The position numbers and the translations under genes are program-made. From NCBI GenBank assembly GCA_030141605.1, contig JAQGDQ010000736.1:40851-104850 (forward strand): a stretch of DNA of 64,000 bases, given 5' to 3'. The number at the start of each line of letters is the position of its first letter. Within the stretch, counting starts at the first letter, position 1. Below, piece by piece: positions 1 through 14,773 of the stretch. This stretch comes from Tubiluchus corallicola. Lineage: Eukaryota > Animalia > Priapulida. The notes under the pieces are model-generated. The model was not told where the DNA came from. It made no database searches and saw only the letters and a program-made list of their open reading frames with translations.

Positions 1-2142
1 TAAAAACAAAAAGTATTTACACTTAAAGGTTTGAAAGTGCAAAACATGCAAAGACTTTCAGATGCACGTTTTCTGACGTTTCAGAAATTCAAAAGAAATC
101 ATGGTGATGGTTTATGTTGTTCTTTCTGCAAACATGTCTATTGCCTTACTAGTACATTGATGGGTACGTATTTAAAAGTGTATAAAGGATCTATGAGGTT
201 TAGTGAACTAAAATTTATAGCAGGTGCTATTATAACTTTAAAATTATTAAAAGTTAAAAACAGTTCGACGTACAAGAAACACTTTAACTTCATCCAGTGA
301 AAAGATGTAATGCAGTACGTAAACAATTTTCGAAGATCAAAAACTTAAATTTTGAAACTTTAAAACAGATTTATTTGCCCTGAAAATAACCAGCTTTTGC
401 ACTGAAAATGTTCAATTCATATGCTCTCGGGGGGAAGTTCCCCCTGACCCCCCCCCCCCCCCGCGCCTGATACACAGAAGTCATAAGCGCTATACAGGAA
501 CTCATATTGTGAGTAGGATTAAAATGGCCTACACAATAAGAATGAAACTAATTTAACATATAACATCAGTGATTTGAAATAAAATAATTTATTTATGTAT
601 TTTATGCTTATTTCAGTACATAAAAGTACCATAGAATAATAAGCAAAGCTTGGTTAAAATATAAACTAAAATAGACAAATAAAATAAATACTTACACAAA
701 GAATAGATAGTTAGTACCATGGTAAGTATATATGTAAAAAGGGTTAGTAAGTGCATATTCCCAATGGGAAAAAATATTCGAAGTTAAAATGTCATCAGTG
801 CTAAGAAAACTGCGTCTTATTTTATTGCTTGAATTTAAAACTCGCTAACGAAGGCTGAAAGATTTTTGCGTAAAATGACTTTAAACTGATTACAGCCTTT
901 CTCGATACATATTCTAGATGCAGTGCTGCGCCTGCAGTAAGCAAAAAACTTCGTCAATGCAAAATAGTAGGCCGAAATCAAAATAACGATACTAATAATA
1001 GTAATCAAAACAAAAATTACAATAATAAGGCGACAAAGTTAAGTGCAGACAATTTGGAAACTTCTATTACAAAATTTACCACTAACTTCTCCTGTAAAAA
1101 TTAGTCGTGTGTGATTTAGAAGTTGGCTGCGCAAGACCACGTATACCGGACGCATATTAAGCTGGTGCCTCCTTTTCAGTGTAAAATCTGTCGCAAGCTG
1201 TAATTCAGCATCCAGCCCACGAAGTTTTCAGGTTTGAACAAATCCTTAAATGCCCCAATTTTCTTACAGCCATTACATTTATTGATAAATGAGACAGAGA
1301 TCGTTCGTAGGCGATTAGCGACAGTTGAGCAGTAAAATAAACATGATTTAGTATCGGCACATAATGTGAAATGAAATGGTTCAGATTTTCCAAGTTGAAT
1401 ATATATAATATTTTATGCATATATATCACTTCGTCAGTGCACATACCGCCACGATAACATTTCGCAAGGAGCACATTTCGCTTGTGGAACAATTCGGCAT
1501 TGGTGAGCTTACCAGTGCTACAGTTAGTCAATCGTACATTTCGCCAGTTCATTTTGCCGTCGTTTTTACTTTATTCATTTAACAAAATGTTTCAGTTCGC
1601 CATTTCATGGTTGGTTTAAATTAGTTTTAATTATGGCAACATTCTACATATATTACAGGCTACGAAACAGCAGACAAGTCTGTTTAAAGTTGTCTGGACT
1701 ACTGAGGAAACTGATTGAAGCTGATAAAGATGTCGATTAAAAACAACAGTGTAATTACAGTAATAAGGTCTGTCTCAGTTCTTTCAAGGATAGTATAAAT
1801 CTTTGACAAAGTAAGTAAATTGAAATCTATATATTAAATTTACAGCAAAGTTAGTACAAGTAGTTGTGGTAAACTTGTACAATATTAGCAATCTCAGTCA
1901 TCGGTAAACCTCATCATTTGTTCAATAAATTCAATTATGTTGCATAACAGAACAATTTTTTTATCATCAGGTATGTAGTGCCTTGAATGGAGAAATAAAG
2001 ATTTTGCCTTAAGCCCCCACATGACAAACATTTTCATTGAACAATTATACATTGAACTTTAGTTAATTAAGTGGATTGATTGACACACAGTAATATTACT
2101 GATAGGAGCTTTTCCACTTTGCAACAAATTTTGGTTGAGAGC

Positions 2143-2173
<31 letters not shown>

Positions 2174-3193
2174 ACAGGTATCAAGAATATAGTTACATAG
2201 ATAGTTTCATTTCGTTTTTTTTCAACGCGGCTTTTAGGGGATCCATAAGGCAGCCCTACAGAAGATGATACATACCCATGTACAGCACCCTGAAGTTTAC
2301 ATAAATGTTAGCAACCAAGCTTATTTGCACATACAAACATGTTGAAATGCACAAAGGTTGCTATTACAATTACAGTTTCAAGCATTTATTACATTTGACT
2401 AGATTTTGGTTTTTGCAGGTATAACAAGTGAAATTAGTCTTATTTCCAGATTCCAGTCACAATAGTATGACTTTTAAATAGTTATTATTACGAGTATAAT
2501 AAGTATACATTACACATTTATTATAGGTTATAATATAGTTTACTGATTGATTCACCCATTTCAAAGTAGTCTCCAGAGTATGAAAGAAAGTCATTGGCTA
2601 ACGTGAAGCACTTCATGACGTAGCTAAAAAGTATATAATATATTTGCAAACGTTCAAAATTTACCTGTTATTGTGAGAAACAGCTGCATTAAAGTGTAGC
2701 AACTATCAACTTTGATTTGACGATGCTGTCCAATCATGACTCAAAAGTGCTAGGCATTCCTCTAAACAAATCAAAATAAAAACATATCAAACCTCTGACA
2801 GATCGTTGCTTTTCTATAATTTCTAACACTTTGGCTAAGCGAAGAGTAGAGGCAAGGCAAGAAAAAATAAAGAATTTTTGAAACATAAAAGGTATTTTGA
2901 CTTTTTTACCGTTATTTTTATTAATTCTGAATTATCCCAGTTCAAAAATCTATTGAAACGTTTTCGAGTTGCGAAATTTATAGCATGCCTGATTTTTTTT
3001 CCGACTAACGAAACAACAATAAAACAACAATAGCAGCAATATCCAGTAGAGGTGTTTCCAAACCTGCGATTAAAAATTGTGATATAAACTCTTCAAATTA
3101 GCAACACCATTAACAATATCTAACTGTCAGTATCGATATCACAATAGATTAATGTGTGCTAAAAGGACGAGAATTCAAGCCTGCTGTGTAAGG

Positions 3194-3278
3194 CTGTCTT
3201 AGTAGCTCTGGTGCCAAGTCTTGTTGGTTCTAACCCCAAGGTCTCGGGTTCAAGTACGGACGAGTTCACAATTTTTTT
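3194..3278 (+). mobile_element. tRNA-derived SINE head or tRNA pseudogene
   Basis: A-box-like TAGCTCTGG, aaggtc plus B-box GGTTCAAGTAC, followed by a T run. Confidence 0.4.
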
Positions 3279-3585
3279 AGCATCTCCTATCTCCAGTTTA
3301 TAAGCTGCAAGATTAATACCGAATAAGACACTATTTTATAATTTTTGCAAAATAAACTGCAATGGTTTATTATCTCTGGCCTTTAAAATCTAATTAATGA
3401 TGAAAATTGTTCTTACTTTAATGTTGTTGCATGTTATTTTTACCAAGTAATACGTATTCTTGTGTAGTATCAGCAGCAGCAGAGGCAGTGGTAATAGTGT
3501 TGATGGTGACAATGGTAATATTTGTGATTTTGTTCGTGAAGCTGCTGCCGCTGGTAGTGGTGCTGCGCTGCTGCTGCTTCCATAA

Positions 3586-3586
3586 C

Positions 3587-3620
<34 letters not shown>

Positions 3621-3800
3621 GCTGCTGCTAGTGCTGTTGTTGCTGCTGCTGCTGTTGCTATTGTTACTACTGCTCTTGCGGTTGTTGTTACTGCTACTTC
3701 TACAGTAATTGCTACTGCTGCCGTTACAACTTCTGTTGTTGCTGCTGTGGCTACTGCTGCTGTTAGTGCTATAGCTTGTTGCTGCCGCTGCTGATGTGAT
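3586..3800. repeat. (GTT)n/(GCT)n trinucleotide tract
   Basis: Direct reading. Confidence 0.9.
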
Positions 3801-4918
3801 CTAATTTACTGCTGATATTTCTACATGCTGATTTACAGGAGAATATTGCCTGCGAAACGCGACACAGAATAATTATAATTTGACTCTACTCTCATAATGG
3901 GTATCGTTTGTCATGATTAATAGACCTATAATAATAACAAACCTGGGGCTATAATATATAATAGACGTTGTGCTGTTTGCTGTTACAGAAATCTTAGAAA
4001 CGTCTTCTTCCTTAGAAAGCGTAGGCCTACATTGTACATTGCACACACAATTAATTATTCCTAACCTTTTGGACATTACGACAGAAATGATGATGTACAA
4101 GTAATGTCAACAGACGCGGTATACTGCTATTATTAGCTAATGTTTGCGCTTAGCTCAGGTGCCACTCTGAACAACAGCGTTACCAAAAAATAGAAGACGG
4201 TGGGGTATTATAATCCCAGGCAGAACTAAAATTGTAAATAAACCTGACGAGAGAGAGAAACAAATCCCCAGATAAAGTTCTAAATATTAGCGAGGTTTAA
4301 ATACGATTACAAAACAGCTGAGCCTCGTCATAATTATGATAATTAATTTTAATATAGAATCTTTCGGCAATATACTAGGATTATTCGAACAGTTTGCGTA
4401 ATTCTCTGCTTTTTAAAGCACACTTAATTAAGTTTGTATCATTTTTGTTTTTTGGCACAGATTTTTTGATGAAAAAATTGCATGCTGGCTTACTTGTTTG
4501 TCTTGTTTGTCTGTTTAATTGCTTTGCTACTTGCTCGCCTGCTTTCTTCTTGACTTACTCACTCGCGCACACACTCAGCTTCGTCACTCAATTTTTTAAG
4601 CCTTTGCCTACTAACTCACCCACTTTTTTACTCACTTGCTTACTGATTTACTTATTTGCTAGCCTGCATGATTGTTCATGATTGTTTGCTCCATCATTCA
4701 TTAACCACTCACACAAGTACACGCACCACTTGAGACACTCACATACTCATTAACTGCTCTCTCTCACTTCTCTCTCTCTCTGCTTCCCCCTTCCTGACTG
4801 ACTGACTCCCTTTCTTCCTGTCTTACTTGCTTGCTTGCTAGCTAGCTTGCTTACTTACTTAATTACGTCCTTACTAACTGACTCACTGACTCATTTCTGG
4901 CTGGCTGGCTGACTTACT

Positions 4919-6248
4919 TACCTACCTACCTACCTACCTACCTACCTACGTACCTACCTACCTACCTACCTACCTACCTACCTACCTACCTACCTACCTA
5001 CCTACCTACCTACCTACCTACCTACATACCTACCTACCTACCTACCTACCTACCTACCTACCTACCTACCTACCTACCTACCTACCTACCTACCTACCTA
5101 CCTACCTGCCTGCCTGCCAACCTACCTACCTACCTACCTACCTACCTATCTACCTACATACCTACCTACCTACCTACCTACCTACCTACCTACCTACCTA
5201 CCTACCTACGTACCTATCTGCCAACCTACCTACCTACCTACCTACCTACCTACCTACCTACCTACCTACCTACCTACGTACCTACCTACCTACCTACCTG
5301 CCTGCCTGCCAACCTACATACCTACCTGCCTGCCAACCTACCTACCAACTTACCTACCTACGTACCTACCTACCTACCTACGTACCTACCTACCTACCTA
5401 CCTACCTACCTACCTACCTACCTACCTACCTACCTACCTACCTACCTACCTACCTATCTACCTACCTACCTACCTACCTACCTACCTACCTACCTACCTG
5501 CCTGCCTGCCAACCTACCTACCAACTTATTTACCTATCTGCTGACCTACCTACCTACGTACCTATCTGCCAACCTACCTACCTACGTACCTACCTACCTA
5601 CCTACCTACCTACCTACCTACCTACCTACCTACCTACCTACCTACCTACCTACCTACCTACCTACCTACCTACCTACCTACCTACCTACCTGCCTGCCAA
5701 CCTACCTACCAACTTATTTACCTATCTGCTGACCTACCTACCTACGTACCTATCTGCCAACCTACCTACCTACGTACGTACCTACCTACCTACCTACCTA
5801 CCTACCTACCTACCTACCTACCTACCTACCTACCTGCTAATCTACCTACCTGTTTATCTACCTACCTACCTACCTACCGACCTACCTACCTGCCAACCTA
5901 CCTACCTACCTACCTACCTACCTACCTACCTACCTACCTGCCAACCTACCTACCTACCTGCCAACCTACCTACCTGCCGTCCTACCTGCCAACCAACCTA
6001 CCTACCTAGCCACCTATCTACCTACCTACCTGCCTACCTATCTACCTACCTACCTACCTGCCAACCTACCTACCTGTCAATCTACCTACCTATTTACCTA
6101 CCTGTTTATCTACCTACCTACCTACATACACACATACCTACCTGCCAACCTACCAACCTACCTACCTACCTACCTACCTGCCTGCCAACCTACCTACCTG
6201 CCGTCCTACCAGCCAACCAACCTACCTACCTAGCTACCTATCCACCTA
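4919..6248. repeat. (CCTA)n microsatellite, about 1.3 kb, preceded by degenerate tetramer tracts from about 4485
   Basis: Direct reading. Confidence 0.97.
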
Positions 6249-8376
6249 TAAAAACTTTGACTTAAATGACAAAATCAGTAGTAAATTTCACTTCCGGCTC
6301 AAAAACTGGCATTGAAATTTTATCTCGTCTACTTGTAATCTCATTTTACACAGTCTTCGCGTTTCGTAAGACGTTATGCAAAACCTGAAAACTAAAATAT
6401 TTACGTTTTGTGTAAATATTGCAACACGCAATCATTAGTTTTAAATGCGTGATCATCTGTTAAGAAATCCAATCAACTTCGGTTATAACTATTAGTTTCT
6501 GTTAGCAAAGAACTGATACCGTACAAACTGTTGGCTTAGCGAATGCAAATTGCGTTACTCAGTGGCTGAAATAAGTTAAAATAATAATCAATAATAATTT
6601 TTTTCTGAATTACCGATGCATGTTGGGATTGTATGATTGTCTGATGTCATGTTAACTTCTTGATCGTTGGCGCGAATTACTTTTTTATTACTTATTTCGT
6701 TTTGCTGCAAATAATCGTGCTGCTAGCTAATACAACTTTATTTTTTGTAAATGTATTGAAAATACTTCAAAATAAGTTGTTACTACTGTTGCCAAACCGG
6801 GTTAAAAAGCAATTTTCTGACACGTTTAACTCCTTCAGGACCGAAAGGGTTCCTGCATTTTGCATGGGTTCATGAAAAACTGCTCTCACCAAGCAGCGAC
6901 TACGCTATATTTGATCATTTTTGTAGATTTTTACTCCACACACAATTGATTTTTATGTAAAATTATATATGAAATGCATTTGCTTAGCTTAGACAAAATA
7001 AAAATCGAATCTTGAAGAAAACGTTTAAAAAAAGCTTTGTGTAACTGCACTGTTTGCAATGTAACAATGTACAATATCACTTGTGTGAAATCGGCTGGTG
7101 CAGAAACTTTCAACTATCCAGACACAACACTCTGATACACTTCGGCCTCGAGTCTACTCTATTTTTAAGGAGAAATTTTCCTGTTAAATGACGAAAGAAG
7201 CTTAATTGCTCCTTCACCTATGGCCGTAGCAAGCAGGCGATCAATAAAATAGTGTGTACGATCACGCAAATGCACACCAGACTAAGCTACTCGATAGGCA
7301 AAGTTGGAGTGCCTGAAAAGGGTGTGTTTTCTTACATTTATCCAATTAAACCACTTATAAATGTTTAAACAAATAGGATGGTTTGATGGCCGAGATTCTC
7401 CTGAATACAACAGTACTTAGTATGTAATCATTTAGTTGTCTGTGTTCACACAGTAACAGAAAAGCACAAGTCTTATAAGACCTATTAAATGTGTCGTCCT
7501 GAAGAAGATGTAGACTGATCTTTGTAGTATGTGACAAAGATTATTTTGCAAGCAAATGTAGCTTATGTGGCAGCAAACACACAGATCTGAGAAAAAAAAG
7601 TAAAAAGTGTGCAGTAATAGTACAAAAACCATAGCAAAAACAAGAAAAAATAGCGCCTTATGTATGCCCTTCAAACTATAATAAATAAATATATTGTACT
7701 AAATATAGAACTGATTGAAGCTCATTTCTGGTTTTGTTCAGATTACCTTTCTTTCAATCAAATTTATTTTCTAAAAACTTAATAATTATTTCAGTATAAT
7801 TATTTTGATTGCGTATATTCATGATGTGTATTTCAGGTCAGGTACTCCTTTTTAACTTAGCAAATAGTCACAATAAAAGTATGTAAAAAATTAATCTGTA
7901 AGTTTGATGTGTGAAAGAATTTATTTGTTTTATTTTTACGGTTTTTAACTTCAATATGTCTGTCTTAATGTTTTAAAATTTTCGCCGCCAAGCGTTTGAT
8001 GGTCTTTAAAAACTTGGGAAAACTGCTTAGTGGAATTATTTACTTTGCAATTGTAGCTTTTGTTACACAACATGTTGGTGTTTCTCTAAGCTTAAGCCAC
8101 TTATTAGAGTGGAAGTTTTCGTGTCACCCTAGTAATTCGTCTCACTGGCGACTAAAACGACAAAATTCTGTCACATGGAAGATACAGTACTAATACACCA
8201 CAAGTAATTGTGCACTGAAAATGCTTGGGCAGAGCATATTAGGTGTCACAATGTAGGTGCGTCGACGTGATTTATTCAGTCTCTGTTTGTGTCAACGAAA
8301 GACAAACAAGAAAGTAGGCAAGTAATTTCCTGACCTACAAGTATTATTATATTTAATCAGCTTAATCAGGGTAGAT

Positions 8377-8847
8377 CAGTGGCGACTCGTGTATAGGTAC
8401 TGTGGTACTGCAGCACCCCTTGTTTTCGCTCATTATTATCGATAATATCAATATAATTAGTCTTGTTTCTTTAGTTCTTTTTTATACTTGTGCGGAACCA
8501 AAGCAGGGAAGGGCAGTACAATTTGCTTCATAGCCCAAGCAATGTGGTGTTAGGCTGTCGTGCGCATGCGGCCATGCGCACATAACCTAAATAACACACT
8601 GTACGGTTTCGTCTGCTGCTAGATAGAGTTCTGTGACAATAAGTGAACGACAACAGCTCAATTTTTCACAGTTGTCTCTCCATGAGAAAGTTGCAGTTAA
8701 GAAAAGAGGCTGTTCAACACCCAATCTTCAAATATAACTACAACATTAAAATTACATATGTTTGTTGCGTTTTGCACAATATTAAAACAATGGCTAAAAA
8801 TTTTCTGAAGCAGCACCCCCACTAATTTTAGGTACGAGCCGCTACTG
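8377..8847. mobile_element. hAT-family MITE (471 bp)
   Basis: Perfect 8-bp TSD GGGTAGAT (8369-8376, 8848-8855); TIR CAGTGGCGACTCGT / ACGAGCCGCTACTG; subterminal gcagcacccc repeats. Confidence 0.9.
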
Positions 8848-9699
8848 GGGTAGATGCGCCGACAAACGTAATTAAATTATTGGATTAAATTTAACAAGTT
8901 AGTCCAAGTTGTTGACAAGCCACTGGCATAGCAGGGTCTAGTTTTTTGCTGGATTGCTGCTGTGTTTACCTGTCACGAGGGCGTATTTCTTTTACTTTAG
9001 GATTCTACCTGCCCAATGTCTACAATAGACGTACTGAGCATAACATTGTAATGATGATGATGCTGCTGCTGATGATGATGATGATGATGATGATATAAAA
9101 TTTACTTGAAACATTTACACATTGACCTTTGTAAAAATGCTGAAATGGCATTAAGCAAAATGTTGCAATATAACAAAAATGTTTTATTTTAAAGGTCCAT
9201 TTAACCCCAATATACATTATTATTAAATAATACATAGCAATATACAATATACATAGCTATTATTAAATAAAAGAGATTTATAAATTAAATAATTTAGCTT
9301 TTTCTGCTAATTTTGAACGCGTGCATTGCTGCAAAAACGCCGTCTTTGGCGCAAGTGAACGAGAATGACGTACAAGATACAGAAAGCGTCTTTAGTGACC
9401 AATGTTCGTTTACAGATCTTTGGTGACCTCGCGATTTATTCATAATGTCATTTGTCTTGCCCAACGAAAAATGGCGGTTCTTCGAATTTAATACCGCTAA
9501 CAATGAAGTGACAAAAGATCAAAACAAACAAGTTTTACAGTAAGTTAATGATAAAATAAATTGAATATTCGTAATGAGAGTAGGATTTTAAGGTGTAAAA
9601 GCTCATTATTATAGTGAGGGTGTAGTTTGACTTTAACTAACAGTCCTACCAGTCGGCCTAACAGTGATTGTTCATCATTGTGTGTGTTCATTCATCGAA

Positions 9700-10005
9700 G
9701 GACTGCTGCCAAGCGCTTCAGTCCTTAGCTACTCTGCAGGATGAAGCATCTTTTAGTATTAGAGATGTTCCACCCAGATCTTTTTGCTTGAAATCTATCC
9801 ATGTAGGTAATTTGCCGCTACCCGGCTTCATTGATGGTTGAACTGATTCAAGGAAAGCTTTAATAAGTGGACTATCTTCTGGCAATCTCAGAGTGTGACC
9901 CACCCAATTAAGTCTTCTGAATTTAATCTTCCTGGTCCATTTTTCTTCCTTGATTTTATCGCACAAATCTTTGTTGTTTATAACTTTTGGCAATTTCTTT
10001 GCCAC
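9700..10005 (-). mobile_element. RTE-clade LINE 3' fragment
   Basis: KIKFRRLNWVGHTLRLPEDS...TWID matches the RTE ORF2 C-terminal RRL.W.GH..R motif. Confidence 0.8.
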
Positions 10006-10727
10006 ATTATAACAATCTCCACTAACGATCTGTATAAGCGTCTTATATAAAAAATCTGTATAAAAAGTCATTATTGTGCAAAACATTTAAGACACTGATG
10101 AATGTTGTCCGAAGCAGTTTGGTTGTTGTTATGCTTGAATACAGAACTGAGGGATGCCACGTTACGAACAATTGCCAAAAATAGCAAAGCCCAGTTTAGC
10201 CTAAAACAGTTTTGATGTGGACGGAGCCGTGCTGATTCAAAATCTACATAATTCCAAGTTCTAGGAGGCGCATATTTTGCTGCTTGTCATGCCACTTGTC
10301 AGGCGGTAGTGTGATTTTTCAGAAGAGAATGATGGAAAATGTACCTTGATGTATTGTTTCTTCTGTTACAGTTTGTGTTTATGCCTGGCTTCTATTTCGC
10401 TGCTGCTCACAATTAATCCAGCCTGTGATATTAGCCGTACATTCATGCTATTCCCTTAGGTATGCAGGCCTAAGAATCTACATCTATCGCCAATAAGACA
10501 CAGCTGTAACAATAATTATTAGTGAGGCTTGCTTGAGGGCGAACATCCTTGGGATTCTGTTTGTCCAATAGAACAGACAGGCGTAAACGATGGCGACCAG
10601 CGATGCTTAATTTTTGATTCGGGTAGGTTTGTTTTGTTCTCGTGCTATTAATACAGCCCCAAGGGGGACTACTGTGACGACAGTTCATTATAAATCAGAT
10701 CTTCAAAGTATTAATCTTCATGTAATA

Positions 10728-11035
10728 CAGGGTGTTCCAAAAGATATAGAACTATATCCATGTAGCCGAACTATAGCCATGTACAAATTCCAAGTTAAAT
10801 GCATATGGAGGAGAATTGGAATTCTGCAAATACGTATGTATTTTAAAGCAAATGTGCACATGCAAAATGCCAATGATTAAGTGTCTGCAAATGCAAGTAT
10901 GCTAATGCATAATTGTTATACAAATATAATTATATTTTTACATCATTATGATGTCATAATCAAAAGTGCGTGATAAAACTCCTTTGAGATTCAATCAGGG
11001 TATTTCTACTGTACTATTTCTTTTGGAAAGCCCTG
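10728..11035. mobile_element. Tc1/mariner-type MITE (308 bp)
   Basis: TA TSD; ~25-bp imperfect TIR CAGGGTGTTCCAAAAGA / TCTTTTGGAAAGCCCTG. Confidence 0.85.
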
Positions 11036-11733
11036 TATAACAGTGACATTACAAGAAATTGTATATATTTTGTATAGGATTTCGTCGGTGTGTAATTACG
11101 GAAATGAAAACGCCCCAATCTCCAGTTAAGTGTGAAACAATTAGATCAAGATGACAGATCTATAAGACTATTAGCTTTGTTATCGTGACAAAGTGTTTAC
11201 GCCTATGTGTCGATGGAAACTGATCTATGCTCGGGCATGAAGAAGTTCATCAAGCCTGCAAAATCTAATACTGATCATCAGTTTGTCCTTTTAGCGTAAT
11301 TACTGACCAGCATAATAACATTGGACATTTAAAAATTAATTCAAAGACACTAAAATATGTGACAATAAAGAAAATTCTTTCACTTTGAATGCTTTTACAG
11401 TCGACTTATATTCAGTGCCGTTCAGTATGGCTTCCGTACTGTCACTTTCCTGGGAAGTAATTGTTCCGTCTCAGACGAAGTATGTGTCTATCAGGCCCTT
11501 TTAATTTGATGTACACAGACCATACTGGCTCAACATATTTTTTCTTAGTAGTAGTGAGCGCCCAAGAAAGATGTACGGCAAGTTTACAGCCGAACTTCTA
11601 TTTTGTCCTTCTTTAACTAAATTGCGCACGTCAGCCTATTTCAGCGAGATGCAATGCAACATGATTGCAATATTATGCAAAATTTGTGACATGAAAATTA
11701 GAATGTGTTACGTAAAAGGTTGAAAGATGTTAA

Positions 11734-12154
11734 AGGAAAGACGAAAGCCTTCTAAGCACCTCACGTATTTGGTAAAATTACTTTTAAAGATGGGATCGTT
11801 TCATCCTTGGCGCTTCCATTTTGAACGCTCGTTCTTTCTTCCACCAATGACTTCTGAAAAATCGACTGAAAAAAGCTTCGCACCGAATTTCTCTCAAAAA
11901 TGCAATTTTTTACCAAAAAAATGTAGCTAAAAATTGTGACATTTTTCATAAACGTTACGTAAACTGCAAAAATTTTAATTAGTTTAAGCAACAGGCATTT
12001 ACGGAAAGTAGTAATTCACTTACTAGAAGTCACGAAGTTTATCAATTACGTTATAATTTTCAACGGTAGTGTGAACCAACTTTGCGTTTATAGACCTAAG
12101 TTCAAGTGATAACAGTAAAATAAGCCCAACATGATAAGTGACTTGTGCTTTCCT
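11734..12154. mobile_element. Kolobok-like MITE (second family)
   Basis: TTAA|AGGAAAG...CTTTCCT|TTAA. Confidence 0.6.
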
Positions 12155-12829
12155 TTAATCAAGAACAGTTGTTAAAGAAAACTTTGACCAATTAAATTCT
12201 ATAATATTGTTCCGGGGTTCGACCCGGTAGATAGCCATCGGTGATGCGGGTAAGCGCTGCATAACGGACACTCCAGAAATTTAAACAAAAGAAACAACAA
12301 AACCAAAACTTAGAATTCAAAAGGGACGGCTGAGAAGAACAACACAATAGAAAAGAAACAAAACCTGATGACAATGCTTCAAACCGTACGGAATCCACGA
12401 CACTCGGCAGGCAGACAGGAGAAGTGCATTCCACGACAACCAGAAGACAACTGACGATGTCACGTGTTCGTTCTTTCCCCAGGAAACCACTGCTCAACCA
12501 ATCGCAGGTAATGTTATGGGCTTCCGAGTTTAAAGTGGAGGTCATAACATTACCTGCAGGTTGGCTAGCTGGTGCCTATGAATAGAACTGTATAATGCAC
12601 TGTTCCCTGTTCAGCTCAGTATGAATGCATCGTCATATATCGTAGACAGTGATATGTTGCACCTGCTTTCAATATGGCAGCAATGCTTAACCCATTAAGA
12701 CTGAAGACTTACTGCAACATTAACGAGACCAACGTGAGAGATAAATCAGACAAACTACCAAACACATGCGGCAATTTTCTAACCACAACACAAAGACTGC
12801 CCATTGCGTAAATTTCCCATTTTGGCAGT

Positions 12830-14110
12830 TAAGCACGGTGCGTCATTGCCTGGAGAAATTAACAGCAAAATCATGGCTTCTTTCAATGAGAACCCGTTCT
12901 ATTTAAATGAAGCAGAGAGAAGAATTTGGGTCTTCTATGGCTGACTACACACACAAAACACGCAAATTGTCTAACAGTTTGTTTAAAATAAATTATTATA
13001 AAACGCATTCAAATAAATTGAAGCGGATTAAAACAGCTTCGAGAAAACAACAGTATTCGCAAATTATCCGAAATAATAAAAAAATATGGAGAAAGTTTAG
13101 TCAAGTTTTTAACAGTACTTGCAATACGACCAAATATACAAACACATTCCAAACAAAGTTATAGACAAAGGAGTTGAAATCACAGAGCATTCCACTATAA
13201 CATAATGAAAATTTTTAATACGTCCTGACATAAGTGCTGATACGAAAAAAAAATATAGCAAGTTCCAAATCACTTTGACTCATATCTTAGTAATCTTCAC
13301 CCATTCTTCTCTAATCCTATTATAATAACTGAAACAGAATTATTAATACACAAATATATCGCAACAGAAATTTTATCGCCAGTGTTAACTATATTATTCA
13401 ATAAATCTATTTCTACCGACAGTTTCTTGATACATGTTTAAAATAGCCAAGATAGTTCCCGTGCATAAAAACGGTGTTCCTTAGGGATCAACCATTGGCC
13501 TCTTATTATTCTTGACCTATATTAATAATCCCTCTTTGGCCTACAAATCAAATTAAATATTTAAGACTATGAATAGATAATAAAATGCCATGGAAGCAAA
13601 ACAAATGGCATAATGCACAAAATCGATTAAGTTATTGGCATTATATCCAAAATTAGACATTACGTAGATAAAGATATACTCAAGATTGTCTATTATGTAC
13701 TGGCTTGCTTTTGCACCAACAAATGCATTACAAGCACTGATAACTGCACAACATAAAATTGCCAAGTTAAGGATTTTTGCAAATCAAGGAAAGTGCAACA
13801 CTTGCCTATAAGAATTTATATACCCAAAATTTGTGACATCTGTAACACTGAACTTGCCAAATTTGTCTTTAAATTTCAACGTAATTTACTGCCTTCATAA
13901 TTATACTTGTAATATAATATAATCAATATAATAATAGATTTGCGAGGAATTGCTTTTTTCTAAGCCGATTTGCAAGTACAGAAGTCCAATGCTCACTTAA
14001 ATACAAAGGAATCAAATTGTGGAGCTCTCTTTTGTCGGATCTTACAAAAGGGACTCTGTATGCGTTTCAAAAAATATGTAAAAAAACTACTAGCTAAATA
14101 CAATAACGAC
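12830..14110 (+). mobile_element. Highly decayed L2/CR1-group LINE
   Basis: Relic peptides KIAKIVPVHK and GVP*GS..GPLLFLTYIN near 13440-13530; many deletions and stops. Confidence 0.7.
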
Positions 14111-14393
14111 TAAAGATTTCATTTCGCATCTTTCTACTACTTCACATTATGTGATGCCAATTAGGTATAACGGATTCAAATCTACGAAAATTGTAATGAT
14201 TAATTTCTACTTACTTGCAGGTCCTGAAGCTGAGATAAACTTTCCCGAAATATTGATTAGGACTATAAATGGACGAGTTTTTTCAACTTTGTTGCCTCAT
14301 TTATTTCTGGTTCTAAGAAACAATGTTTAGTAAAACTTGTTTACAGATTGTTTGCAGCGCTTTGTATTATTATTGTTTGGCTATGAAGTGCTC

Positions 14394-14773
14394 AATAAGC
14401 CTTTTCACAGTTTCAGCGATTTAGTGATCGTGAAAAGGTCAAAGGTTAAGCCAGACAACATATTTGTGTACCTACACTTGACTCCGCCTCGCAGCCCAAG
14501 CTACTGTAATAGTTAACAGTTTAAAACAGCTATCTAGAACCTCACTAGTTCATTTTTTCTTGCTCTCAAGCAAGACGTTGCTAGTAAACTACTTTACGCA
14601 CAGTCTAATGTATAATTAAGTAAAGTCAACGTGAAGCAACTGAAGCGGTAGAAGGCTTTGTTTTACACACATGTCACGTGACGGTTGTAGCTAAGACGCA
14701 TTGCTGCGGTACGCTTAACCCTTTACCTACAGTAACTGCGCGTGCGCATAACGAAACTGTGAAAAGGCTTATT
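14394..14773. mobile_element. MITE with perfect 21-bp TIR, superfamily unresolved
   Basis: AATAAGCCTTTTCACAGTTTC ... GAAACTGTGAAAAGGCTTATT. Confidence 0.75.

Noticed and set aside
1205-1552. 115-aa minus-strand ORF
   Set aside because: Overlaps short repetitive motifs, with no recognisable domain or splice structure
4919-6248. Interstitial telomere
   Set aside because: The unit is the 4-mer CCTA/TAGG, not TTAGG or TTAGGG
14215-14312. AG/GT-bounded minus-strand segment
   Set aside because: Stops in all three frames; could be UTR but there is no support
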